This document shows, piece after piece, positions 1-9,059 of a stretch of 32,000 nt of DNA. The DNA lies in assembly GCA_943369355.1 (NCBI GenBank), contig CALRMX020000004.1:347654-379653 (forward strand), read 5' to 3'. This DNA comes from Chitinophaga pinensis (lineage in GTDB: Bacteria; Bacteroidota; Bacteroidia; UBA7662). How positions within the stretch are numbered: the first letter of the stretch is position 1; each line of letters opens with the position of its first letter. Below the pieces are notes generated by a model that saw only the letters and a list, made by a program, of their open reading frames with translations, was not told the origin of the DNA and searched no databases. The position numbers and the translations under genes are program-made.

Positions 1-198
1 CTCAAGTTGGAAGCCGCCTTGCGGTCCGGTGGTAGTGCCGTACACCTTGCTGCTGTCGGCCAAAGCACGCAAAACCACATTGGCAGCGGGGAGCGGCGTG
101 CGGTCGGCAGCATTAAGCACCCTACCTCGTATAACCGACTGTGCCAGAACAACTTGAGCAATGAAAAGGAAAAAAATTGAGAGTAACAGTCGCAACAT
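1..198 (-). CDS. N-terminus of a carboxypeptidase-regulatory-like / TonB-dependent-receptor-type protein (truncated by window edge)
   Basis: Manual reverse translation from the cat at 196-198 gives 66 uninterrupted codons: MLRLLLSIFFLFIAQVVLAQSVIRGRVLNAADRTPLPAANVVLRALADSSKVYGTTTGPQGGFQLE. Signal peptide followed by the G.V.d..t..PL..A.V.......t.t...G.F beta-sandwich pattern. Not in the supplied ORF track. Confidence 0.75.
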   Translation of the reverse strand, partial: MLRLLLSIFFLFIAQVVLAQSVIRGRVLNAADRTPLPAANVVLRALADSSKVYGTTTGPQGGFQLE

Positions 199-320
199 AG
201 GCCTACAAAAAACGGAATTAGACGCACAAGGCCTACAAAGGTTTAACGCTCGACCTCATTTTTTTGCTCACGCCCTGTCGCGCTAAGGCGAATAGCAGCG
301 GTATATTTGAAAAAAAAGCC

Positions 321-671
321 ATGTCGCAGGTCACAGAATTTAATGCCTATCGCGAGAAGATGAACGAACGTATTCTCGCTACCAAAAACAAGACGATTCA
401 AAAAATCTACAATGTCGACCATACCACCTACCAAGATGGTGCTCTGCCCGCCCGCACCAAAGAACTGCTGGGGCTGGTAGCCAGCATGGTGCTGCGCTGC
501 GACGACTGCATCCGCTACCACATCCAAGAATGTTACCGCTTGGGCGTGACGAGCGAGGAGCTGTATGAGGTTTTTGGCATCGCCAATCTCGTGGGCGGCA
601 CCATTGTGATTCCCCACACCCGCAGGGCCATTGAATTCTGGGATGCCCTACATGCCCAAGAAAACGACTGA
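321..671 (+). CDS. Carboxymuconolactone decarboxylase / AhpD-like family protein
   Basis: ORF 264..671; likely start at MSQVTEF (321). Contains CDDCIRYHIQECYRLGVTSEELYEVFGIANLVGGTIVIPHTRRA, matching the CxxCxxxH motif and helical pattern of the family. Confidence 0.8.
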   Translation: MSQVTEFNAYREKMNERILATKNKTIQKIYNVDHTTYQDGALPARTKELLGLVASMVLRCDDCIRYHIQECYRLGVTSEELYEVFGIANLVGGTIVIPHTRRAIEFWDALHAQEND

Positions 672-795
672 GCACTGTGCGGTTCGCTACACAGCATCTA
701 CCGTTCATACCGCTAATCGTACTGTTGGTGCTCATCGAGTTGGGCAGACCGCCACACCGCGTTAACCTTGTAGCATGCATTCAACCCCACTAACC

Positions 796-2349
796 ATGAA
801 GAAGTCACTGCTGCTAGGTATCGGATTGTTCCTCCACCTTACCCTTGGTGCACAGGTAAAACCAGTGCGGCCCGTAGATCCGGTAAGGCCTGTTGACCCT
901 GTGGCGCCGGTTGCGCCTGTACGCCCGCTGGGCGAAACTTTTGAGCTGCGCGGCAGCGGCGACGACTGCGACTGCCCCATGGCGCAAGGCGGAGGCACCA
1001 ACGTTACCATCAGCGGCCCGCAAGACGGTCCGCATACCACCACCATTACCCGCAACGGAACCACCCTCAAAATGACCTACGAGGGAGAGTTTGCCATTAG
1101 CGACAACGATCAAGACGTGACCGTACTCAACGATGGCGGTTACTTCATGCTGCAAAAGACCGTTTTTGGCAGTAAGCACAAAGTAGAGATCCGCAACGAA
1201 AGCGGCCAGCAGGTGAAGCGCTACTGGGAAGGCAGCCGCGAGCAACCCTGGGAGCCCGATGGCCGCAAATGGCTCGCCGAGTTGCTGCCGGAGCTGGTCC
1301 GCAGCTCCACCATCGGCGCCGAGAGCCGCGTGAAGCGTTTTTACGCCAAGGGAGGAGCCACCGCCGTGCTCGACGAGATTAGTCAGCTCGAAAGCGACCA
1401 CGTACAAGCTCACTACGGCAAGTTGCTGCTGCGATACCCACTGAATGCTCAGCAGTTTAATGAGAGTATTCGTCGGCTCGCCAATATTGTACGCAGCGAC
1501 TATTACCTCGCTGGTCTCCTCAAAAGCAGCCTGCAAAAAGGACAATCGGCCGGCAATGTGGGCGCTGTGCTTGCTGCCACACAAAAGGTGAGCTCCGACT
1601 ACTACCGCGCCGAAGTGCTCGACGCCGTGATCAGCCGCAAGACCCTGGAAGGCGACGACCTCAAGGAGGTACTCAAGGCTGCCACCGGTATGGCTAGCGA
1701 TTACTACAAAGCCGGTGTGCTCGAGAAGTTTGCGCGTGCCGAAGGAGCCGACAAAAACCAAGTGGCCTACTTCGAAACCGCCAGCACCATTGCCAGCGAC
1801 TACTACCGCTCGGGCGTGTTGAGTAAGGGTTTCCGCAACTTCTCACTCACCACTACAGGCCTATTTGCAGGCATGCAGGCCTGGGCCACCATGGGCAGCG
1901 ACTTTTACCAGCACGAGGTGTTGATGCAGCTGGTAAAAACGCATAAGCTCACCCCCGATGCACAGAAATTGGTGCTCACGCCCATCGGCAGCGGCATCAG
2001 CAGCGATATGTACAAGCAGGAAGTACTCAAAGCTTTCGCACGCGGACAAAACATGAATATGGAAAGCGTAAAGCTGTACCTGAATGCCGCCAATACCGTG
2101 GGCAGCGATATGTACAAAGCCGAAAGTTTGAAGGCCCTCCGTCAGCAGTCGCTCGACGATGCCTCGCAGGTGGTTCTTTATGGTGCCGTGAAAGACCTCA
2201 GCTCGGATATGTATAAATCGGAAGTGCTCAAGCAGTACGCCGCGCTGGCCGCCAGCTCGGGTGAGAGTGCCCGTGGAGCCTTCAAGGCCGCTGCCAAGAG
2301 CATCACCAGCTCGCATTATTTTGGCGACTTAATGCGGAGTATCGACTAA
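796..2349 (+). CDS. Secreted/periplasmic helical-repeat protein of unknown function
   Basis: Start MKKSLLLGIGLFLHLTLGAQ (signal peptide) at 796. Pro-rich VRPVDPV repeats, then ~36-aa repeats carrying SDYY/SDMYxxxVL. Confidence 0.8.
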   Translation: MKKSLLLGIGLFLHLTLGAQVKPVRPVDPVRPVDPVAPVAPVRPLGETFELRGSGDDCDCPMAQGGGTNVTISGPQDGPHTTTITRNGTTLKMTYEGEFAISDNDQDVTVLNDGGYFMLQKTVFGSKHKVEIRNESGQQVKRYWEGSREQPWEPDGRKWLAELLPELVRSSTIGAESRVKRFYAKGGATAVLDEISQLESDHVQAHYGKLLLRYPLNAQQFNESIRRLANIVRSDYYLAGLLKSSLQKGQSAGNVGAVLAATQKVSSDYYRAEVLDAVISRKTLEGDDLKEVLKAATGMASDYYKAGVLEKFARAEGADKNQVAYFETASTIASDYYRSGVLSKGFRNFSLTTTGLFAGMQAWATMGSDFYQHEVLMQLVKTHKLTPDAQKLVLTPIGSGISSDMYKQEVLKAFARGQNMNMESVKLYLNAANTVGSDMYKAESLKALRQQSLDDASQVVLYGAVKDLSSDMYKSEVLKQYAALAASSGESARGAFKAAAKSITSSHYFGDLMRSID

Positions 2350-2380
2350 ATCCATGCGGGCGATTTACTAAATTGCCCGC

Positions 2381-3472
2381 ATGGTCGTCACTACCCTCTT
2401 ACTTCGTATCCGTATGGCACTTGCAGAAGTTCGTGGACTCCGACTGTTGGCCGGTATACTCACCGCCACCCTCTGTTTTTTCCTGTTGCAATACAGCGAA
2501 ACCGAAAGCTGGTCGATCAACATCACCCAACTTCCGGGTCTGACCCTCTCTTTGGTTTTTGGCTTGCTGGCTGCTCCCCTGTTGGAGGCCTTCAACCACC
2601 AACTCGACCAAAAAATATCGTACCGCAGCCAATTTGGCTGGCGCCTGCTGTTGGGTTGGCTCAGCAGCATTTTCCTTCTGCTCACCGCCTTCCTCGCCAG
2701 CGTATGGCTGGTGGCCTATGCCCTGCCGGCGCTTTTCGACCCGTTGGTAGAGGCAGGTCCTAACGGTCAACAACTCCGGCAGGTGATTCTCAAAGCCTGC
2801 ATCTTGCTGGCTATCGTCTTGTTCTTCGACCAGATCGCCTACACCTTGCGTTTCTCGTGGCACGATTACGCCATTGCCCGACTCACGCGCTACCGGCGCG
2901 AGAAGGCCATGACCGAATGGCGCTACCAAACGCTGAAGGCGCAACTGAGTCCGCATTACCTCTTCAACAACCTCAACACCATCAGTGCCTTGTTGCACGA
3001 AAAACCGGTTCAAGCCGCCCTGTTTATCCGCCAGCTGGCCGCAAGCTACCGCTACATACTGGCACAGCGTAACCGACTGCTAGTGCCCATGCAGGACGAG
3101 CTGAGTTTTGTGAACAACTACCTCAGTTTGCTACAGATACGTTTTGGCGAACAAATCAGGTTGCACAACAACATTGCGCCTACCGACCGGCGACAGCTGC
3201 CGCCATTAAGTTTGCAGTTGCTCATCGAAAATGCCGTGAAGCACAATCCTCCCTCGGCCGAACAGCCGCTACACATATGGCTCAGCATAGTGGGCGATGG
3301 GCGATTGGAGGTGCGCAACAATCGTCTGCCCGGCACCGGTGCCGACAGCTTCAGGATAGGGCTGCAGCATTTGCGAGAACTGTACAGCCTGCACCAGCGG
3401 CGTGCGCCAGAAATTAACGACGGCAACGAGTTTAGCGTACGTCTCGACTTATTTGCGGAGGCCGAGGCATGA
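2381..3472 (+). CDS. LytS/YehU-type sensor histidine kinase
   Basis: LKAQLSPHYLFNNLNTISALL (His_kinase H-box) and LLIENAVKHN (N-box), preceded by TM helices. Alternative start at 2414. The stop shares ATGA with the next gene. Confidence 0.88.
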   Translation: MVVTTLLLRIRMALAEVRGLRLLAGILTATLCFFLLQYSETESWSINITQLPGLTLSLVFGLLAAPLLEAFNHQLDQKISYRSQFGWRLLLGWLSSIFLLLTAFLASVWLVAYALPALFDPLVEAGPNGQQLRQVILKACILLAIVLFFDQIAYTLRFSWHDYAIARLTRYRREKAMTEWRYQTLKAQLSPHYLFNNLNTISALLHEKPVQAALFIRQLAASYRYILAQRNRLLVPMQDELSFVNNYLSLLQIRFGEQIRLHNNIAPTDRRQLPPLSLQLLIENAVKHNPPSAEQPLHIWLSIVGDGRLEVRNNRLPGTGADSFRIGLQHLRELYSLHQRRAPEINDGNEFSVRLDLFAEAEA

Positions 3473-4494
3473 AGAGCCCGCTAATCCAAAACCCGCTATT
3501 TCGTTTGCTGGCGCCAGTGGTGTTCGGCTTGCTGGTGTATTTGATGCTGCTGTTGCTCAACAATCAAGTAGGGCAGCTAAGCACTCTTTTCCGATCGCAG
3601 GAGATGTACATCTGCATACTACTGGCAGCGATGCAGTTTGAAAGTTTGCGCTTCCTGGTAGGTCGCAGTCGCCTAGGCGATGCAGGCAACGAGCGCCGCC
3701 GCTGGTGGCTGCTGGCTTTGGCCGGTAACGGCATCGCCACGACTTTGCTGCTCACCGCATTGTGGGCCTACTACGTTTACGTAATTGGCTTTGCCCCGTC
3801 GGGCAGCGAGCTGCTTCGTTTTGCAGGCCTCTACTTGCCTGGTGGGTGGTTTTACTTGGCCTTATACGGCAGCCAATTTTATTTGCAACGCCAAAATATG
3901 GCACAGCTCGAGCAAGAAGCCGAAGAGCTGGCACGTTTAGAAGAGGAATTCAACGATTTCAGTGCCGAATTACATCCTACACTTTTGTACGATGCCCTCG
4001 AACAGCTGCTCATACGCCTGCCCCATCAGTCGGCCGAGGCCGACCGCTACCTCCAGCTGCTGGCTAGCCACTACCGCCACCGGCTCATCAACCGGCAGGA
4101 GGAGGTGATTCCACTGAAATACGAGCTCGAGGCCGCGGAGACCTTTTTGGCACTGCTGCGCCCCATACGGCGGCAGCAGCTGGTACTTGTTTGCGACCCT
4201 TTACCCCATGATGAGCTGTTGTTGCCCCCCGGCGCAGTGTTTACCGCCATTTATTGGCTGTTGCGGCACGGCATCAGCGGCGAAAACGAGTCGCCGATAC
4301 AGCTGCAGCTCGAAGGCCAGCAGCTTACCCTTCGCTGGGCGCAGCCCGGACGACTTCAGCCCGATGCCGAAAGCAGCTATGCCCTCGACCGGCTTGTACG
4401 TTCGTATCGCCGGCTGAGCAGTCAGCAGCCCGCAACCCAGCTGGGCGACAACGAAATTTGTGTTCACCTGCCACTCCTTCACCTCCACACCTGA
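3469..4494 (+). CDS. Degenerate LytS-like protein (probable pseudokinase)
   Basis: Four TM-like segments then FSAELHPTLLYDALEQLLIRLPHQSAEADRYLQLLASHYRHRL, homologous in layout to the H-box region of the upstream kinase. The N-box position reads IYWLLRHGIS. Confidence 0.7.
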   Translation: MKSPLIQNPLFRLLAPVVFGLLVYLMLLLLNNQVGQLSTLFRSQEMYICILLAAMQFESLRFLVGRSRLGDAGNERRRWWLLALAGNGIATTLLLTALWAYYVYVIGFAPSGSELLRFAGLYLPGGWFYLALYGSQFYLQRQNMAQLEQEAEELARLEEEFNDFSAELHPTLLYDALEQLLIRLPHQSAEADRYLQLLASHYRHRLINRQEEVIPLKYELEAAETFLALLRPIRRQQLVLVCDPLPHDELLLPPGAVFTAIYWLLRHGISGENESPIQLQLEGQQLTLRWAQPGRLQPDAESSYALDRLVRSYRRLSSQQPATQLGDNEICVHLPLLHLHT

Positions 4495-4495
4495 T

Positions 4496-5242
4496 ATGCG
4501 TATACTCATCATCGAAGACGAACAGCCCGCCGCCGAACGGCTCGAAACTTTGCTCCGGCAGCTGGTGCCTGGTCTGCAGCTGTTGGCGGTGCTTCGCCGG
4601 GTCGACGAGGCCATCGATTGGTTTGCCACCACCACTGCAGCCCCCGAGCTCATCTTCACCGATGTGCAACTGCCCGATGGACTCAGCTTTCAGATCTTTA
4701 ACCGCTTCCCACCGCAAGTACCTGTGATTTTTGTGACTGCTTTCGACCAATATGCACTCGACGCCTTTCGCGTAAACGGTATCGATTACTTGCTCAAACC
4801 CATCAATGTTACCGAGCTCGACCGTAGCCTGCAGCGCGCACGCAGCCGACAGCCCGCAGCCGCACAGCTCAGCGAGTTGGGCAAACAATGGGGACAAAAA
4901 GCTTACAAAAGCCGCTTCATGGTGAAACTTGGCGAACATCTGCGTGCGGTGAGCGTAGAACAAATCCTGTTGTTTTATGCCGAAGGACGAACAGTATTCT
5001 TGTACACCACCGAAGGGCGGAGGTTTATCGTCGACTTCACGCTCGACCAATTAGAAGATGCCCTCGACCCGGCTCGTTTTTACCGCATCAACCGCAGTTT
5101 TGTGGTAGCGCTACACGCCATACAAGAGGTGGTGGTGTATAGCAGTAGCCGCTTACGGATTGTTACACAACCTTCTTTTGCCGAAGAACTTATTGTGAGC
5201 CGCGAAAAGGTAGGGCCTTTCAAGAGTTGGTACGAAGGATAG
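4496..5242 (+). CDS. LytR/AlgR-family (LytTR) response regulator
   Basis: MRILIIEDEQPAAERLETLL, LIFTDVQLPDG, VIFVTAFDQYALDAF receiver motifs. C-terminal LytTR: RTVFLYTTEGRRFIVDFTLDQLEDALDPARFYRINRSFVV. Confidence 0.93.
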   Translation: MRILIIEDEQPAAERLETLLRQLVPGLQLLAVLRRVDEAIDWFATTTAAPELIFTDVQLPDGLSFQIFNRFPPQVPVIFVTAFDQYALDAFRVNGIDYLLKPINVTELDRSLQRARSRQPAAAQLSELGKQWGQKAYKSRFMVKLGEHLRAVSVEQILLFYAEGRTVFLYTTEGRRFIVDFTLDQLEDALDPARFYRINRSFVVALHAIQEVVVYSSSRLRIVTQPSFAEELIVSREKVGPFKSWYEG

Positions 5243-5308
5243 GGAATTCAGTGCTCAAAACTGTAAATTCACGCCTGTAAAGCGTAGGCTTCAAGCCTTC
5301 CCTAACCC

Positions 5309-5878
5309 ATGAAAGAGCATTATCAGCAGCAGTTTTCGGCCAAAGATTTCGTCAACGGGAAGTTGATCTTGGAAGGTTTATATGAAGCCTGTGCGTTTAA
5401 GGGATTGTCGTTAGAAGGGATTCGTTTGGCTGGACTGCGTTTTGAAGACTGTAGTTTTCTCGATTGTGATTTGAGTGGTTGCGATACCCACCAAACCGCT
5501 TTCCGCAACTGCGCGTTTAACGGTTGCAAGTTGCTGGGCTTTCGGTTCGACCGATGTAATCCGCTGGGATTGAGCCTCGCTTTTGATCGCTGCATACTCG
5601 ACAGGGCGGTATTTACTGGGCTCACCCTTACCGGACTCCAGCTTAACCGGTGCTCAGTGCAGGAAGTCGACTTTGTAAATGCCAAACTAAAAAATGCACA
5701 ATTCACCGCTTGCGATTTGCAAGGCAGCCTTTTTGTCCACACCTTGCTCGACGGGGCCGACTTTACCACTGCATTCAATTACCGCTTTAAGCCCGAAGAA
5801 AACAGCCTCATCAAAACGCATTTCAGCGCTGATGGACTTGCAGGTTTGCTTGTGCATCATGGATTGGTGATTAGCTAA
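5309..5878 (+). CDS. Pentapeptide-repeat protein (Qnr/McbG-like)
   Basis: Repeated A(D/N)LXX-like units such as FEDCSFLDCDLSGCD, FRNCAFNGCKL, VDFVNAKLKNAQFTACDLQGSLF. Ends with FKPEENSLIKTHFSADGLAGLLVHHGLVI. Confidence 0.85.
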   Translation: MKEHYQQQFSAKDFVNGKLILEGLYEACAFKGLSLEGIRLAGLRFEDCSFLDCDLSGCDTHQTAFRNCAFNGCKLLGFRFDRCNPLGLSLAFDRCILDRAVFTGLTLTGLQLNRCSVQEVDFVNAKLKNAQFTACDLQGSLFVHTLLDGADFTTAFNYRFKPEENSLIKTHFSADGLAGLLVHHGLVIS

Positions 5879-5940
5879 AATGCCGATTTAATGCAAGCTT
5901 AAGGCGGCTCCTTTGGCAAAACACGCTAAAAAGGTTAGTC

Positions 5941-6438
5941 TTGTTGATGCGCCGCCTTATCCGCACGTTATTGCTCATCCTCTTGCCTGTTGCCGCAGCT
6001 GCACAAGTGCGGCCGTGGGTAGAAGCAATCACTTACGATGCGGCCATCGATAGCCCATTTAGCTTGGGTGGAGACGCGAACATCTACCAATACCACAACG
6101 ATGGCTTGGGGGTGACCTTCCTTGGCGGTAGGCCTATGTTGCATGACGCTTTGCAAAAAGCTACGGCTCAATTAAAATTCGACCCCGCATTCGACGGCCT
6201 CGTGCGAATACGTTTTGTGGTAAACAAAGCTGGCGAGAGTGGCATGTTCCGAACCTATGTCTATACCGTTACGGGCGAGCAAGCCCACTTGCCTGCAGCC
6301 TTACTCAACCCCCTCGCCCAAGCCGTAAAACAGTTGAATGGCTGGCAACCCAAAATCATTCGCGATCAAACTGTGCATTATTATCAATATGTGATTTTCC
6401 GTATTCAAGGGGGTAAAGTCAGTCATATCTTGCCATGA
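5941..6438 (+). CDS. Secreted protein with TonB-C-like domain
   Basis: Signal peptide MRRLIRTLLLILLPVAAAAQ; LKFDPAFDGLVRIRFVVNKAGESGMFRTYV...VKQLNGWQP resembles TonB C-terminal fold motifs. Confidence 0.55.
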   Translation: MLMRRLIRTLLLILLPVAAAAQVRPWVEAITYDAAIDSPFSLGGDANIYQYHNDGLGVTFLGGRPMLHDALQKATAQLKFDPAFDGLVRIRFVVNKAGESGMFRTYVYTVTGEQAHLPAALLNPLAQAVKQLNGWQPKIIRDQTVHYYQYVIFRIQGGKVSHILP

Positions 6439-7253
6439 AACGTATCTTCTTTGCCCTTTTGCTGCTCAGCAGTAATATTCAGTTACATGCCCAACCCAAT
6501 TGTGCCGCATTACTATTCTACGGCGATACCGCTGCCTATGAAGCTTGTCAGTACCTCGAAACTGCTCTAAATGGCCACTATCAATACGAGGAGGAGTTTC
6601 AACGCATCTGCGATTCGGCACTGAGCATTTGTGGTCATTTCGCTTATGCCTGGCGCGAAAAAAGCACACCCTATGTAAAATCGGGTAATTTCCATTTGTG
6701 GATGAAGTATATGAACGAAGCCGTTCGTTACGATACCCTTGAGATGTTGCCTGCGAGAGCCAGTTGCCGAGGGAAGTTTTTTGCCGATTATGCAGGCGCC
6801 ATCGCCGATATCGAACTGTTTGAACGCAAATATCCGGGTAGTTTGGCCATGGCACACAACGGCACCTATAGTTTGCACATGGTGAAAGCTTTGAGTTACC
6901 GTGCCCTCGGCCAACGCAATCAAGCCATCAGCACCGCCGAAAGCTATTTACGGACCTATCCCAACAACATTGGCATGTACGACCGGCTCCATTTAGGAGT
7001 AATGTACTTTGAAGCTGGTCGGGTACCAGAAGCGAAAAAACAGCTCGAAACTCAGCTAAAAGAAAGTGCAATTGCAGAGGCAGCTTATGCGCTTGCGAAA
7101 ATTGCGAAAGCAGAAAAAAACGACGATTTAGCCAAAAAATACATTCAGCAAGCACGAGAATTATTCAACGCCGACCAGCAACTGTTCGACCCTTATCATT
7201 ATCTCGACGATCAGCTCTTTGAAGCTGAGCTGGTAGAAGCCGAGCGCTGGTAA
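6435..7253 (+). CDS. Secreted TPR-containing protein
   Basis: Signal peptide, TPR-like helices YRALGQRNQAISTAESYLRTYPNN, GVMYFEAGRVPEAKKQLETQL. Overlaps the preceding ORF by 4 nt. Confidence 0.7.
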   Translation: MKRIFFALLLLSSNIQLHAQPNCAALLFYGDTAAYEACQYLETALNGHYQYEEEFQRICDSALSICGHFAYAWREKSTPYVKSGNFHLWMKYMNEAVRYDTLEMLPARASCRGKFFADYAGAIADIELFERKYPGSLAMAHNGTYSLHMVKALSYRALGQRNQAISTAESYLRTYPNNIGMYDRLHLGVMYFEAGRVPEAKKQLETQLKESAIAEAAYALAKIAKAEKNDDLAKKYIQQARELFNADQQLFDPYHYLDDQLFEAELVEAERW

Positions 7254-7263
7254 ATTGTTTCTT

Positions 7264-7749
7264 TTAATGCTCAGCGTGTTCGGCTTCTGAGTTTGCAGGC
7301 ATCACAAAATCTTTGCGTATTTCGGGGTGACGAATTTCACCTCCTGAATTACCTACACCTGCAGCCATAACCATGGCAACCAATGAAACGCCTAAAACAA
7401 TATAGTTAAGCAGCTTTTGTTGCGCATGATTTTTCAGCTCGGCCCATAGGCCAATTGCCGACAAGAGCGCCAAACCACCAGCCATGAACAAAAAGATTTC
7501 CGCCTTTTCTTCGTGCTCGTGTATCAGGTCGTGCGATACCCCTTCAAGATGTTCCACGATTTCTTCGGCTTCTTCCCCAGTTTTGTTGGCCGGCAAGGCC
7601 GATACTCCGGCAACGATGAGCCCCACTAACGCCACGCGACGAATGAGGGTTTGATTGAGTAGTATGCCGGCTAGAAGGACAAAAATGCCAAATAAAATGC
7701 CGAGTATGGGTAGATGATTGATGAGCAAGTGAAGATGTGCAGCGTTCAT
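7264..7749 (-). CDS. Small polytopic membrane protein (hypothetical)
   Basis: 161 aa with four hydrophobic segments and H-rich N-terminus (HLHLLINHLPILGILFG). Confidence 0.7.
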   Translation of the reverse strand: MNAAHLHLLINHLPILGILFGIFVLLAGILLNQTLIRRVALVGLIVAGVSALPANKTGEEAEEIVEHLEGVSHDLIHEHEEKAEIFLFMAGGLALLSAIGLWAELKNHAQQKLLNYIVLGVSLVAMVMAAGVGNSGGEIRHPEIRKDFVMPANSEAEHAEH

Positions 7750-7803
7750 GATTAGTTTTCTACTAAGCTAACGAATTAAAGCTTCGGCTATATGATTAAT
7801 TCA

Positions 7804-8760
7804 TCAACCTTTTTCTTGATTTAACCAAGGCAGCTTCAAAGCTAGGGTATTTCTTTTTTGCGCGGTCTCTGCAACGAAACGTCGGTGTGCTTCGGTATCA
7901 GGAAAACGTGGTCGATGGCGGCTGGCTAGCGTAAGCTCATACACATTTGCCGCTAGCTCGCGGGTAGCATCGTCCATACAGAGTTGGCTAAACTGCTCGA
8001 AGACGTATTGCGTGGCCGCGTGGTTAGGATGTACTAGGTCGATATCGTACCATCGGTGGTCGCGAAGTACGTCAATCACCAATTCGTAAGCGGGGAAATA
8101 ATGGCAATCGGCTACTTCTTCCACCAGTTGGTGCACCACTTCAATGAGTCGTGCCTTGCTCCGGTTATTGTCGATAACGCCATCGCGGTGGTGCCGAACG
8201 GGGCTCACGGTGAATAGCACTTTCAGATTCGGATTAAAGTTTCGTGCGGCTTGAATTGCCGCCTTCAATTCCTTAAGCATGCCCTCAACCGACAGAAGCT
8301 GTTTGGTAAAGTTAGCTGACGGGGCGCGGTGGTTGTTGGCCACTGGCTGGGCACTATCGACCAATTGGTAACGAAAAGCTGAACCCAAAGTAAGCACTAG
8401 CCAAGTGGCCGATTTCAAGCATTGATGACCTTGGTGAATGGCTGAGTTGATAGCCTCTACAGCTGCTTCTCGGTTGGTATGACTAAAATCACTATGATGC
8501 TCCCAGCTGTTCCACAGTTCGTTGGCATAAAAAAGCCTCTTCATTGGCCATGATTCGCCTTGAGCCAGCATTTGGAGGTGCCGTGCTACAGCCGTTGGGT
8601 CGAAAACGATACCGGTGGGGTTGGCCAAGGTTCTAAATCCCCTTTCAGCCAACGCCGCTCCAATATTGGCCGTAAAGCACGACCCTATCAGTAAAAGCCG
8701 ATCGTGGTGACCCATCGGCGCGCTCGACCATTGGTAGCGGAGTTCTAATTGTGTTTTCAT
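7804..8760 (-). CDS. GSCFA domain protein
   Basis: LLLIGSCFTANIGAALAERGF, NPTGIVFDP, YFPAYELVIDVLRDHRWYDIDLVHPN. Confidence 0.88.
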   Translation of the reverse strand: MKTQLELRYQWSSAPMGHHDRLLLIGSCFTANIGAALAERGFRTLANPTGIVFDPTAVARHLQMLAQGESWPMKRLFYANELWNSWEHHSDFSHTNREAAVEAINSAIHQGHQCLKSATWLVLTLGSAFRYQLVDSAQPVANNHRAPSANFTKQLLSVEGMLKELKAAIQAARNFNPNLKVLFTVSPVRHHRDGVIDNNRSKARLIEVVHQLVEEVADCHYFPAYELVIDVLRDHRWYDIDLVHPNHAATQYVFEQFSQLCMDDATRELAANVYELTLASRHRPRFPDTEAHRRFVAETAQKRNTLALKLPWLNQEKG

Positions 8761-9059
8761 GAGATAAACCTAAGACAGCCATTTCTTTTTGCCAACCAAT
8801 CTTTGGAAGCAGCAATAGATGGATGCAAGATAAAGCCATTCTGGTGTGTTGGAGAATCAAGGTATGGCTTGCCTGGTCGGTCCAGGAATTCACAAGCGAT
8901 GCAAAAAGCAGCTTCATATTAGCCACATCATGCTAGCATAGTACCCTTTTAGCACTTAATGGCAAAATCATCTTTAACTAAATAATTTAGGTAAACAAAT
9001 AGTCGAAAAACTTACAGCAACACATGGAAAATTGCATTTTCAATCTATTTCAATCTATT

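Noticed and set aside
814-1761. 315-aa - strand ORF and other long antisense ORFs (1861..2316, 4325..5050, 6466..6923, 16107..16412)
   Set aside because: They are antisense to convincing genes and look like arbitrary translations of GC-biased coding sequence without family motifs.
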